A stretch of 64,000 nucleotides of DNA from Hypanus sabinus (lineage: Eukaryota): NCBI RefSeq assembly GCF_030144855.1, contig NC_082712.1, positions 130,138,001-130,202,000 on the forward strand, given 5' to 3'. Numbering within the stretch: the first letter of the stretch is position 1; each line of letters starts with the position of its first letter. Shown piece after piece: positions 1-12,967 of the stretch. The translations under genes and the position numbers were made by a program. Under the pieces are notes generated by a model that was not told the DNA's origin, did no database searches, and saw only the letters and a program-made list of their open reading frames with translations.

Positions 1-995
1 TCTCATGCACGTCTGCTCTTACCCCATCCTCCCGCCACACTATCAGGGATAGGATTCCTCTTGTCCTCACCTACCACCCCACCAGCCTCCACATCTAGCA
101 CATAATTCTCCGAAACTTGGGCCACCTCAAACTGGATTCCACCACCAAACACATCTTTCCTTCCCCTGCCTCCCCACTGTCTGCTTTCCACAGGGATTGC
201 TCCCTATGTGACTCCCTTGTCCATTCGTCCCTCCCCACTGATCTCCCTCCTGGCACTTAACTTTGCAAGTGCTACACCTGATCCTATACTTCCTCCCTCA
301 CCACCATTCAGGGCCCCAAACAGTCCTTCCAGGTGAGGTGACACTTCACCTGTGGGTCTGTAGGGGTCATATACTTTGTTCAGTGCTCCTGGTGTGGCCT
401 CTTGTACATCGGTGAGACCCGACATAGATTGGGAGACTGCTTCGCCGAGCATCTATGCTCCATCCACCAGAACAAGTGGAATCTCCCGGTGGCCATCCAT
501 TTCAATTCCACTTCCCATTCCCATTCCTATATGTCCATCCATGACCTCCTCCACTGTCGTGATTGGAAGAACAACACCTTGTATTCCATTTGGGTAGCCT
601 CCAACCTGATGGCATGAACATTGATTTCTCAAACTTCTAGTAGTGCCTCCCCACAACCCCTTCGCTGTTTATCATTCCCTCATCCCTCTTTCATGTTATC
701 TCCTTACCCACCATCGCCTCCCTCTGGTGCTCCTCCCCCCCTCCACCTCTTTCATTCTTCCATGGCCTTCTGTCTCTTTCACCAATCACTTCCTAGCTCT
801 TTGCTTCATCCCTCCCCCTCCAAGTTTCACCTATCGCCTGATGTTTCTCTCTCCCACCCCTCACCTTTAAAATCTACTCCATTAGCTTTTTTTCCTCCAG
901 TACTGCCAAAGGGTTTCGGCCTGAAACATCGAGTGTACTTTTTTCCACAGACACTGCCTGGCTTGCTGAGTTCCTCCAGCATTTTGTGTGTGTTG
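1..995 (+). mobile_element. Penelope-like retroelement 3' part (GIY-YIG endonuclease relic plus pLTR)
   Basis: Decayed ...VIY...CSWCGLLYIGETRHRLGDCFAEHL...PVAIHFN; pyrimidine-rich tail; degenerate hammerhead-like motif at ~897-935. Confidence 0.88.
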
Positions 996-999
996 CGAA

Positions 1000-2160
1000 A
1001 TTTGTTGTTTTGTGGCAGCGATACAATGCAATACAGAAAATATACTATAAATTGTATGAATATATATGTGTCTATTATTGTAAATAAAAGAGAGCAATAT
1101 AGTGAGGTAGTATTCCTGGGTTTGTGGACTGTTCAGAAATCAGGTGGTAGGGTGGGGGGGGGGGGGGAGAAGCTGTTCCGAAAATGATGGATGTGTATCT
1201 TTGGTCTCCTGAAGGTAGTAAGAAGAAGAGCACTTGCTGGGTCGTGAGGGTCTGATAGATGCCACCTTTTTGGTGATGTCTTCGATGATAGGGAGGCTGG
1301 TGTCTATGGCGGAGTTGGCCAAGTTTACAACCCTCTGCTGCTTTTTCTGATCGTGTGCAGTGGCCCCTCCATACCAGACAGTGATGCAGTCAGTTAGAAT
1401 GCATCTAACAGCACATCTGTAGAAATTTTCTTGTCTTTGGTGACAAACCAAATTTCCTCAAACTCCTAATGAAATATAGCCTCTGGCATGCCTTCTTTCC
1501 CATTGTATTAATATGTTGGGCCCAGGATAGATCTTCAGCGATGTTGATTCCCAGGAACTTGAAACTGTTCACCTTTCCCACTTCTGACCCCTCAATGAGA
1601 TCTGGTGTGAGTTCCCTTGACTTCCCCTTCCTGAAGTCCATAATCAATTCCTTGGCCTTACTGAATTTGAGCACAAGGTTGTTGTTATGACACCCCCTCA
1701 ACCAGCCAATCTATCTCACTCCTGTCTCCCTCCTCATTACCATCTGAAATTCTGCAGGCAACAGTTGTGTCATTGGCAAATTATTTGCACTGTGCCAAGC
1801 CACATAGTCATGGGTGTAGAGAGAGGAGAGCAATGGACTGTTAATGAGCTTGTGTTGTTTGTGAGTGAGGAGGAGATGTTATTTCCGATCTACACCGACC
1901 TCGATCTCTCAATGAGGAAGTCAAGGATCCACTTGCAAAGGGAGGCACTGGGACTCAGGTTTTGAAGTTTATTGATTAGTACTGAGGTGATAATCGTGTC
2001 AAACGTTAAGCTGTAAATCAACAAACAGCCGCCTGTCAGGTATTGCTATTACCTAGGTGGTCCAAGGCCAAGCAGGGAGCGAGTGAGATTGCATCTACTG
2101 GAGGACTATTGTGGTGGTAGGCAAATTGCAGTGAGTTCAGGTCCTTGCTTAGACAGGATT
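1000..2160 (-). mobile_element. Decayed non-LTR retrotransposon (Rex1/Babar-like RT C-terminus)
   Basis: NNLVLKFSKAKELIMDFRK...VNSFKFLGINIAEDLSW...ACQRLYFIRSLRKF. Confidence 0.8.
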
Positions 2161-2924
2161 AAGGTTAAGATTCTCAAGATTAGTGTATACATTGACCAAA
2201 AATTATCCCTCAATCAGCATGGTTAAGAACTATTACTATCAACATATTGTCATTTGTAGATTGTTATTATGTAAATACCTATATCATGACAGTGACTACA
2301 CTACAGTTGTCATCCACTGCTTAGAAGAGGTTTTGGAACATTATTGAACTGTGAAAATCACTGTACATGCAAGTTGGAAATATTGGGAGGACAAGAATGT
2401 AACATCTAGCAAGCACTGATATATTTCTCCAGACTGGTGCTCTTAAACAGATTGCAAGTATGCTGTTTTGTACAGACATATACTATATTAAGCAATGGAT
2501 TACCCTGTCTCTGAAGCAGAACAATATTGCTCATCATGGCAACACCATGTCGACTTATTATTGAAATTAATGCTCAGCTAGTTAACAAGCCACATTGCAA
2601 AAGATTGACTTTAGGATGATGCAGACATTTTGGCTCCAGAATTAAATATGAATTATATTTTGTGACATTGAGAATATGTCATCTGGAGTGCTAATGTCCT
2701 CCTTTATATGTTTATAGAAAAACAGATAAATATATGTCATATGACAATAATGTGTGTGGCTGGAGTCCAATTTCTGAGCATTTGCATCTGTCACAGACAA
2801 AGGCACGTTGGACAGGCATGTTACAGACTCTATGATAAAAATTACTGATCTTTGACAGTTGATGTGCTTTCCTGTTTGTTTCTTTTTTTCCTTTCTTCCA
2901 TTTTTCATCAGTTTCTCTGGCTCC

Positions 2925-4000
2925 GTTATACATTGAGGTTCTCGTTAAGGGATCGGAGGTGGAGAGGGTCAGTAATTTTAAGTTCCTTTGTATTTTGGAG
3001 GATCCATCCTGGATCCAACACGTAGTTGCCTTTACTAAGAAGGCACAGCAGTGCCCCTTCTTTCTCAGACGTTTGTGCGGATTCAGCATGTCACCTAAAA
3101 CCTTGATAAACATCTATAGATGCACAGTGGAGAAATCCTGACAGATTGTGTTATGGCATGTTATGAAAACACCAATGCCCAAGAACAGAAAAGCCTACAG
3201 TGATGGATGCAGCCCAGTCCATCACAGGCGAAGCCCTCCCCATCACTGAGAATATTTACAAGGAGCGCTGCCACAAGAAAGCAGCATCCATCATCAAGGA
3301 CCCTCACCGTCCGGGCCATGCTCTCTTCTCTCTGCTGCCATCAGGAAGGGGCCTTAAGTCCCACACCACCAGATTCAAGGATATCCTTCAACCATCAGGC
3401 TCCTGAACCAGTGTGGATAATTTCACTTACCTCAACACTGAACTGATCACTGAAAATAAACTATGGACTTGCTCACAAGGACTTTACAATTCATGTTCAC
3501 TGTATTATTTATTTATTTCTATAGATGTTCCATGGGAGGGGTGGGCTTCAGCACAGGACTGAAAGAAGCTACGGAAAATTGTAAAATTAATCAGCTCTGT
3601 CTTGGGTACTGGCCTCCATAGTATCCAAGACATCTTCAAGGAGCGGTGCCTCAGAAAGCCAAAGTTCATTATTAAGGACCCCCATCACTGAGGACATGTT
3701 CTCTTCTCATTGTTACCATCAGGAAGGAGGTACAGAAGCCTGAAGGCACATACTCAGTGATTCAGGAACAGCTTCTTCTCCTCTGCCATCTGATTCCTAA
3801 ATGGACATTGAACCCAAGAACACTACCTCACTTTTTTATTATTACAGTTTTTGCACTATTTTTAATTGAACTATTTAATATACCTATATATAATTACTGT
3901 AATTGATTTATTTTTTATATAATTATGTACTGCATTGTACTGCTGCTGCTAAGTTAACAAATTTGACGACACATCCTGGTGATAATAAACCTGATTATTA
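2925..4000 (+). mobile_element. Two tandem 3' fragments of the Rex/Babar-like LINE
   Basis: ERVSNFKFL...KKAASIIKDPHRPGHALFSLLPSGR; the 3' motif recurs at 3650-3790. Confidence 0.78.
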
Positions 4001-4159
4001 TTAGTAGTAGTAGTAGTAACACATACAAAGTTCCTGAGGAACTCAGCAGGACAGGCAGCATCTATGGAGGGGAATAAACAGTCAACGTTTCAGGCCGAGA
4101 CCCTTTATCAGAACGTAATAAGCTCATGTTCATTATTATTATTATCTGTTCTTTTTGTA

Positions 4160-6850
4160 TTTCAAGTTCAAGTTTATTGTTATTCAAGTGAATACATGTA
4201 CGCCACCAAATGAGAAAACATTCCTCTGGACCAAGGTGCTCCAAACAGTACATATAACTGAGACAAAACACATAAAATAACATTACCACAAAAAAATTAA
4301 ATACTGTATATCCCAGAAGATTAACATTTCACATAAGGTGTGGTTACAACACAAGTTAAAAAGTAAGCAGTATAATGCTACTGGCATTTCATTAGTGATG
4401 AGACCTGGGTGGCAACAGGGAGTTCAGTAATCTCCTGACCTGGGGAAAAAGCTTTTTCCCATCCTAACAGTAATTGTCCTAATGCTGTGGTACCTCCTGC
4501 TTGAACGGTGCTGGCGGGGGTGGGGTCAAAGAGATTGTGGGATGGACGAGAGGGATCCTTGACAATGCTAAGGGCCTGATAAATATCTCAGGTGGGTGGA
4601 AGAGAGACCCTGATGATCCTCTCAGCAGTCCTCACAATTCTTTGTAATGTACTTGTCAACTGCCTTGTGTTACGAAACCCCGTAACTGGGTCACTTACCA
4701 GAAAAGATAGAGAGGTCCGTTGAAGTCTGATGGTACTATTTTTAAAAGTATTTATTGATAAAGGGGCACAAAAAATAAGAGTAATGCAAACATACAGATA
4801 ATATACGTCGTCAATACTAAATCTAAAGTGCGGGTATAATAATAACCAATAAGAAATAGCTCTATCGTTGTCTAGGGGATAATGTATTGTCCGATGGAAA
4901 TATAACAGTCACTGTTAGTTCGTTCACGCTGCAGCGTTTTGGGTTTAAGAGCGAGGTGGTTTAAACTTGCCCAGGTCTTTTATGATGCCAATCCGTTGAG
5001 TCAGGTGAGTGGGTTTCCCCGTTGTTAGCTAAAAGCCGTTTCCGTGATTCCAGCCACCAATTCCAGCAACGGAACTGAATGCACGTTGCCTCCTTCAGAT
5101 GACTTCCTGCTGTTATGTGGTCGCCTAATGTTTCTTCTGGTGCCTCTGAGGGACTGGTCCTACAGACCCTCTTTTATCCTGACTTGCAGGGTCGTAGATG
5201 TCAATCAGGTTGGGGGTGATGCAATCTCTCCGTCAACCACCCCACTTTGCCTGAGGGCGTTCACGTAGCATAGTCTCCAATCCACAAATTCGCCTTCCGG
5301 AGACAATGGCCATGTCCCGTAGCTTTACATCGCCAGGGAAACAAGACATTCCGCACGTCTCTTCTCCCATTTCCTGGGCCCCTTGACCAAACCCAACAGT
5401 GATCTTGCGATTCTCACAAAGGAGGGGGCTATGGACGTAACACTTGCGACTCCCTTACCAAAGAGTGATGCAGCTTGTCAGGACGCTTAACGGTGCTCTG
5501 AGAAAAGTTGGCTAGAATGGGGGGAGGTGTTGAAGCCTTGCTTGCCTCAATCTCCTCAGGAAGTAGAGATGCTTTGTGCTTCCTTGATTAAAGAGGTAGT
5601 GTTGAAGGCCCAGATGAAATTGTCCATTATGTGCACTCCCAGGAACTTGATGCTCCTAACTGTCTCCATGGAGAAGCCGTTTATGCGCAGTGAGGAGTGG
5701 TAAGCCTGCACTTTTCTGATGTCCATAATCATCTCTCTAGTCTTATCCACATTGAGACTCAAGTTGTTGTGCTCGTACCTTTCTACAAGCCGTGCTCCCT
5801 CTTATCTGTATGCCGTCTCTCCATCGTTGTTGATGAGGCCAACCACTGTTGTGTCTTTGGCGAACTCGATGATTCGGTTTGAGCCAGATCTAGCAGTACA
5901 GTCATGCATCAGCAACGTGAACAGTGGAGGGCTGAGCACACAGCCCTGGAAAGTGCCAATGATCATCATGATGGAGCCAGAGATGTTGATACCAACACAG
6001 ACTGACTGGAGCCCAAGATCTAGTCGCAGAGAGAGGAGTTGAGATCCAACAAGGGCAGTTTATTCACCAGCTTCTGAGGGATAATCATATTAAATGCCAA
6101 GATGAAGTTGATGAACAGCTTCCTGGCATATGAGGCACCATTTTCCGGTTGGGACAGAGCAGAGACTATGGCATCAGGAGTGGACCAGTTTGAGCAATAA
6201 GCAAACTGAAAGGGTCTAATGTGGCAGGAAGATGGGCTTAATGTTCTCCATAACCAGCCGCTCAAAAAACTTCATTATTGCTGTGGTCATTGCCACTGGA
6301 CTGTTGTCATTAAGGTGGGCTACCATCATCTTCTTGGGCACTGGATGATGACACTGGTCTTGAAGCCTGTGGGGACAGTGGACTGTTCAGAGAGATGTTG
6401 AAGATCTCTGTTATAATCTCTGTTAACTGGGCTGCACAGTCTCTCAGCAACCAGCTATGTTATCAGGCCCCACAGCTTTATGTGTGCTGACCCTGCCAAG
6501 GGTCTCCCTCACATCAGCTGCAGCAAGACCAAGTGCCCGCTCCCGGGGGAAGGGAGGCCTTCTTCACTGGCACGTCATTCCCTGTGTCAAACCGCACAAA
6601 AGGCAATCAGCCTATTGGGAAGAGAGGCATAACTGTCGTTGACCCACAGGGTGGACTTGTAGTCTGTTATGGTCTGAATACTCTGCCATATGCACCTCGT
6701 GTCTCTGGTGTCCAGAAAAGGCTCGAATGTCTCTGTGAATAATTTCCTGGTGGCGCAGGAAAGTGCAGCTCTTGCTGACCTGAGAGTTGTCTTATTCCCC
6801 GATCAGAAGGCAGCATCCTGATCTCTCAGCAGTCCCTGGAACATGGCTTC
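4160..6850 (-). mobile_element. Rex/Babar-like LINE fragment interrupted by a solo LTR
   Basis: LSLNVDKTREMIMDIRK...IKFLGVHIMDNFIW; QFAY..NWST.DAI; flanks rejoin across 4668-5442. Confidence 0.75.
4668..5442 (-). mobile_element. Solo LTR (Ty3/gypsy-type), 775 bp
   Basis: Termini TGTTACG...CGTAACA (7-bp inverted); perfect 4-bp TSD CTTG at 4664-4667 and 5443-5446; CpGs retained; orientation inferred from AATAAA on -. Confidence 0.88.
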
Positions 6851-7049
6851 TGATTTGTCCTGACAGAGGTGTGATTAATAATGGTGATATCCTCAATGCA
6901 CTTGTCTAAATAGCCACACTTCACACAGTTTGTCTTCTATTGCACATTGCTTGCTTGTCAGTCTTTGTTTGTCTGTAGTTTTTCATTGCTTCTGTTGCAT
7001 TTCTTTGTTCTACTGTGAATGCCTGCAAGCAAGTGAATCTCAGAGTAGT

Positions 7050-8560
7050 GTCAGGGACAGAAATGTAGTTGCTATTACTAAGGAGAATGTGATTGGGAAG
7101 TTGGAAGGTCTGAAGGTAGATAAGTCACTTGAACCAGATTGACTACACTCCAGAGTTATGAAAGAGTTAGCTGAAGAGATTGCACAGGTAGTAGTATTGA
7201 TCCTTCAAGAATCACTGGATCCTGGAATGGTTCCAGAGGACAGGAAAATTGCAAATGTTATTCCACTCTTCAAGAAGAGAGGGATGCAGTAGAAAGAAAA
7301 TTGTAGGCCAGATAGCCTGACTTTAGGAAGATGTTAGAATCTATTATTAAGAAAGAGGTTTTGGGGTACTTGGAGGCACATGAGTAAATAGGCCAAAGTT
7401 AACATGGTTTCCTTTAGGGGAAATCTTGCCTGACAATACTGAGGGAATTAACTGAGGAAATAACAAGCAGGATCGACAAAGGAGAGCCAATGGACATTGT
7501 TCACTTGAATTTTAACAAGACATTTAGCATGGTGCTTGACATGAGGCTGACTGGCAAGAGGCAAAGAATGGGAATTAAAGGGGTCTTTTCTGGTTGGCTG
7601 CCAATGACTAGTGGTCCACAGTGGTTGGTGTTGGGACCGCTTCTTAATGGTTTGAACAATGGAATTGATGCCTTTCTGGTTAAGTTTGCAGCCACAAAGA
7701 TAGGTGGAGGAAAAGGTAGTCTTGAGAAAGCAGTGAGTTTGCAGAAGGACTTACACAGATTAGGAAACTGAGCAATGAAATGGCAGTTGGAATCTCGTGG
7801 AGGAAAGTGTATGATCATGCAATTTGGTAGAAGGAATAAGGCCTAGGCTAATGGAGAGCAAATTCAGAAATTGGAGATGCAAAGGAACTTGGGAGTCCTC
7901 GTGCAGGATTTTGTAAGGGTTAACCTACAGGTTGAGTTGGTGCTAAGGAAGGCAAATGCAATATTAGCATTAATTTTAAGAGGTCTAAGATATAAAAGCA
8001 AGAGTGTAATGCTGAGGCTTTATTGGTCAGACAGTACTTGGAACATTGTGAACAGTTTTTCACCCCTTACTTTAAAAAAAATGTGCTGGTTTCAGAGAGG
8101 GTCCAGTGGAGGTTCACGAGAATGATTTTGGGAATGAAAGGATTTCAGGAGGGTTTGATGGCTCTGAACCAGTACTCAATGGAGTTTAGAAGAATGAGGA
8201 GGGATCTTATTGAAACCTATCAAATATTGAAAGGCCTAGAATGGATGTGGAGAGAAAGTTTCCTTTCATCGGGAGATCTAGGACCAGAGGGCACAACCTC
8301 AGAATAGTGGGATGTCCCTTAGACTGAAGTGAGGAGAAATTTCTTTAGCCAGAATATGGTGAATCTGTGAAATTAATTGCCACAGATGACTATGGAGACC
8401 ATGTTATCGGGTAGATATAAAACAGAATTTGATAGTAAGAGCATCAAAGGTTTTGGGAGAAGGCAGGAGAATGGGGTTGAGATGGATAATAAATCAGCCA
8501 TGATGGAATGGCAGAGTAGACTCGATAGGCCAAATGACCTAATTCTGAGTCTTTCTGTGT
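7050..8560 (+). mobile_element. CR1 LINE ORF2 3' fragment
   Basis: [47 protein letters not shown]1-type 3' end. Confidence 0.88.
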
Positions 8561-9226
8561 AGCCTGTTGTTAGCAGGACAATCTCAGTTTGAATATTGGT
8601 GGCAGAATTTTCAAGACTTCATAAAATTTCATTAAACTTAGATTTTGACCACATCAACAACTTTGAAACATCTTCAATAATACTCCATTCCAGAGATCTT
8701 TTGAAAATGCTCACCTGAACAACACCCTCCTTGTGTACTTCATTGTCAGGAATGAGATATACCAACCTGATCGAAAATAATAACTGCAAGGGCTTGTTCT
8801 GCTTTCCTGATTATTTCGGATAGCTTAGCTTTCATTGTCATACAGTAACTTGTTCAAAATATATTTGTTAGATCTATATCATGACTTTAAGTAGGAATTT
8901 TGTATTGTTCCAAATATTCTTTTTCAATTAGTCAAGTTTAATTGCTGTAAAACAGAAAATGGTGGAAATATTCAACAAGTCAGGCAAAGCCAGAAAAAGT
9001 TCTCATTAAGAGCTGCCACATGTCTATTCCATTACACATAAATGGGGGAAAGGAATTTGCCTTGTTCCTCTTTTAATACCAACATCTGTCCTAAATAATT
9101 CCACCTGTTACATTACCTACATGAATAATTTCAAAATGTAACTGATAAGAAAGGGATGTGATATTGTGTGCTGCTATTAAAGGTTGCTTTTTCCTTACCT
9201 GAACAATATTTTATATTCTTTCATTC

Positions 9227-10651
9227 TTTGAGGAAGTAACAAGCAGGGTGGATGAAGGAGAGGCAGTGGATATCATATGAGGCTGCTTAACAAGATAAAA
9301 TCCTATGGTGTTACAGGAATTATACTGGCATGGATAGAGGAATGGCTGACAGGCAGGAGGCAATGAATGGGAATAAAGGGAGCCTTTTTCTGGTTGGCTG
9401 CTAGTGACTTGTGGTGTTCCTCAGGGGTTAGTATTGGGACAACTACTTTCCACATAGTTTGTCAATGATTCAGATAGTGGAATTGATGGCTTTGTGGCAA
9501 AGCTTGTGGATGATATGAAGATAGGTGGAGGGGTAGGTCGTGTTGAGGAAGCAATGTGATTGCAGTAGGACTTAGACTAATTGGAAGAATGAGCAAAATG
9601 TGGCAGATGGAATATAGTGTTGAGAAATGTATGATAATGCATTTTAGTAAAAGGAACAATAGTGTGGTTTATTATCTAAATGGGGAGAAATTTCAAACAT
9701 CAGAGGTGCAAAGGGAATTAGGAGTCCCCGTGAAAGACTCCCAGAAGATTAATTCACAGGTTGAGTCTGTGATAAAGAAGGCAAGTGCAATTTGGCATTT
9801 ATTTCAAGGGAAATAGAATATAAAAACAAGGAGATAATGCAGAAGCTTTTCAAGATACTAGTCAGGCTGCACTTGGAGTATTGTCAACAGTTTTGGACCC
9901 CTTATCTCAGAAAGGGTGTGTTGTCATTGGAGAGAGTCCAGAGGAGGTTCATGAGATGATTCTGGAAATGAAGGGGTTAACGTGAGGAGCATTTGGCAGC
10001 TTTGGGCCTGAACTCATTGGAATTTAGAAGAATATGTGGGGATCCCATTGAAACCTACCTAATGTTGAAAGGACTAGATAAGGTGGATGTTAAGAGGATG
10101 TTTCCTATAGAAGGGGGGGGGGGTATCAGAACTAGAGGGCACAGCCTCAAAATTGAGGAGCAACCTTTTAGAAGTAAGGAGGAATTTTTTTAACCAAAGA
10201 GTGGTGAATCTGCCACAGTTGATAGATTACTGATTGGTCAGAGCATCAAGGGATATGGTGAGAGGGCAGGTGTATGGGGTTGAATGGGATCTGGGATCAT
10301 ATAGGCATCTGTTAGTCTCGTTAGACCATGGATTTGCGGCTTGTAAGGTTTCCAGGGCGCAGGCCTGGGCAGGGTTGTATGGGAGACTGGCAGTTGCCCA
10401 AGCTGCAAGCCTTCTCCTCTCCATACCACCATACCTTCCAAGGGAAGGGCACTAGGACCCAAGCAGCTTGGCACTGGTGTTGTCGCAGAGCAATGTGTTG
10501 TTAAGTACCTTACTCAAGGGCACAACATGCTGCCTCAGCTGAGGCTCGAACCAGTGACGCCAACACTAATCTGGGATCAGTCATGATGAAATGGCAGCAG
10601 TCTTGATGGGCTGAATGGCCTAATTATGCTCTTGTGTTTTATGGTCTTATG
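9227..10651 (+). mobile_element. 5'-truncated CR1 LINE inserted inside a coding exon of the - strand gene
   Basis: Begins FFEEVTSRVDEGEAVDI; ends ...ttttatggtcttatg CR1 tail; directly abuts both exon halves. Confidence 0.9.
10300..10568 (-). mobile_element. tRNA-derived SINE nested in the CR1
   Basis: 11-bp TSD ATCTGGGATCA at 10289-10299 and 10569-10579; B-box GGTTCGAGCC on - strand. Confidence 0.8.
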
Positions 10652-11589
10652 CTGTCTTTGAAAAATATTCCTGAAAATAAGAGAATTATTGGTATCAGTT
10701 TTGAAATGCCTGATCCTGCGGAATCTCAAGGAGCTGTGCATAGGCAGCCTAGTCCAGTACTTGGATGGGGAATGTACAGGAATTCAGGCATATTTATCTG
10801 GACAAAAGATGTGTGCTATCAGTTCATTCTGCATCAAAATCATCTCATTTGCACAGCATGTCACAAGGCCTATTGTACCCAATACTTGTACTCACCTGAT
10901 GCTTGGCAAAGGTAGGAAGATCTGTAGATCTTCCATTTTTGCCAGTTATCAAATGACAGATGTTGCCCATTAAAACCTCAGCAATATCGAATACTGACAG
11001 TGATCAGAAGAGGTAAAATATTACATTCACAAACAATTGTTTCCACATTAACAGATTACTTAAACTTTTCATTATATGATTACTGTAATACAATAATGTG
11101 GAATGGCTTGCAGTCCATGTTGGCTAATGTTATAGACTAAGTGAATGGTTGTCTTGAATCATCCTCTCAGGAAGGAATCATTTTGACCAGTTTGAAAACA
11201 TTTGAATTTTGAAAATGAAAGCAATTTTCCAAGCATTGATGAGAATGCCTCTTTGGAGCAAAAATCTGAGATGCTAGAAATTAAAAAAAAAGGAAAGGCT
11301 GAAAGCACTCAACGTATCAAACAGTAACAATGGCGAGAGAAGCAGTGTGCATTTTCGATCAAGGACCCTATGACAGAACCATAAAAGTGAGAAAGCAAAT
11401 TTCTGATGCATGTGGGAGGATGTGGGGAGCACAGTCTCTGATAGGATGCAGATCAAAGTTCATAAAAGCAAAATAACTGGATGTTGAAAATCTGAAATTA
11501 ACCATTAAATGCTGAAAACTTTTAACAAGTCAAACAGAAACGACGTTAACGTTTCCTGTCGGATAGAATATGAGACACATTTATCTTTC

Positions 11590-11790
11590 CACAGATACCG
11601 TCCCGCCTGATGAGAGAGCGCCGTACTTTCTGTTTTCGTAGTGACCCAGCGGTCGAGGCGACAATGAGAATACCTCCCAGTCGGTAGATGTCGCTGCATT
11701 GGAAGTGTAAGGTGCGAGCAACAGGGCGTTGTGCGCACGCGCGGTACGGAGCCTGGTTGGTGTTGGAGGCATATTCACTTGGTGAGTGGT
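11590..11790. promoter_or_regulatory. CpG-rich, probably bidirectional promoter (ARMC7 non-coding exon 1 on +, unidentified gene on -)
   Basis: Local CpG cluster; NRF1-like TGCGCACGCGC at 11732-11742; GGAAGTG at 11701; + strand donor TTG|gtgagt at 11782; weaker - strand donor ACG|gtatct at 11598. Confidence 0.68.
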
Positions 11791-12415
11791 CCTTGTTAGC
11801 TTGTGTTTGTCAGCCGACTGGCTTTTAATGTGTCTCTCGTGGTATCCGTTTTGTTGCATCGGGCCTGCAACAAAAGTATCGTCTCGGGATGTTACTACTG
11901 TTTGAAGCAACAGAGGGTATAGTCCTATTTATATGCCCATACGTAAAGTGAAGGCTCCTAAGCAACACATACGGAATGCTGAAGGAACTCAGCAGGTTGG
12001 GCAACATCTATGGAAAACAGTAAACAGTCCACGTTTCGGGCCGAGACCTTTCTGTTTGTCTACAGCGGAACTGAACTTCCGCACACTGTAACGCGATGCA
12101 CTTAATAAATTCATAGTCAAAATAGATTTCACTTATTTAAATACCTGCGGACAGTTCTCTCCCAGACAATTCGCAGCTGTTTAAAATGATTCTGGCCTCT
12201 GCACGGAGAACTAAACGTGTCTTGTTTGAAGCTATCTGACAATTATTGAAAAGGTATAGCTTGTAATTTAGAAGATCGAACAATCGCATGGACCAGCATT
12301 ATTTTCTTTTACGGCGGTTGGCACTCAGCTTAATGGTGCATTACCGCCACCTTCTGCTCCGGAGTGTGGGTCGGACGATAGACTTTCATTCTGAGTTCGT
12401 TCGTGTTCTCCCCCT

Positions 12416-12812
12416 NNNNNNNNNNNNNNNNNNNNNNNNNNNNNNNNNNNNNNNNNNNNNNNNNNNNNNNNNNNNNNNNNNNNNNNNNNNNNNNNNNNNN
12501 NNNNNNNNNNNNNNNNNNNNNNNNNNNNNNNNNNNNNNNNNNNNNNNNNNNNNNNNNNNNNNNNNNNNNNNNNNNNNNNNNNNNNNNNNNNNNNNNNNNN
12601 NNNNNNNNNNNNNNNNNNNNNNNNNNNNNNNNNNNNNNNNNNNNNNNNNNNNNNNNNNNNNNNNNNNNNNNNNNNNNNNNNNNNNNNNNNNNNNNNNNNN
12701 NNNNNNNNNNNNNNNNNNNNNNNNNNNNNNNNNNNNNNNNNNNNNNNNNNNNNNNNNNNNNNNNNNNNNNNNNNNNNNNNNNNNNNNNNNNNNNNNNNNN
12801 NNNNNNNNNNNN
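12416..12812. other. Assembly gap (397 N)
   Basis: Run of N. Confidence 0.99.
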
Positions 12813-12967
12813 CCCCCCCTCTCCCCCCCTCTCTCCCCCCCCTCTCCCCCCCTCTCTCCCCCCTCTCTCCACCTCCCCCTCTCTCCCTCCCCCTCTCTCC
12901 CTCCCCCTCTCTCCCTCCCTCTCCCCCTCTCCCTTTCTTCCCTCCCCCCCAACCCCCCCCCCCCCCC
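12813..12967. repeat. C/T-rich low-complexity tract (G-rich on - strand)
   Basis: (CCCCCCCTCTCT)-like units next to the gap. Confidence 0.9.

Larger units (their letters stand above)
8715..10970 (-). pseudogene. Unidentified gene divergent from ARMC7; coding exons 10970-10896, [10670-10652 + 9226-9199, split by CR1], 8766-8715; continues toward lower coordinates
   Basis: Three canonical donors (CAG|gtgagt, CAG|gtaagg, CAG|gtgagc) and three acceptors. Removing the CR1 gives in-phase exons of 75/47/52 nt: MGNICHLITGKNGRSTDLPTFAKHQ-EYFSKT(G)MKEYKILF-RLVYLIPDNEVHKEGVVQ. Confidence 0.68.

Noticed and set aside
621-1187. 188-aa Pro/Ser-rich ORF
   Set aside because: It is the pyrimidine-rich Penelope tail read through into another LINE end.
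2504-2787. Possible next - strand exon of the unidentified gene (acceptor at 2788, donor at 2503)
   Set aside because: The phase-0 frame stops after 16 codons and all frames are interrupted; it cannot be told from intron without a homologue.
8715-10936. Resemblance of MEDLQIFLPLPSIR to the MAJIN N-terminus
   Set aside because: Only a few residues match and the following exons lack the MAJIN YKFKIRY motif.
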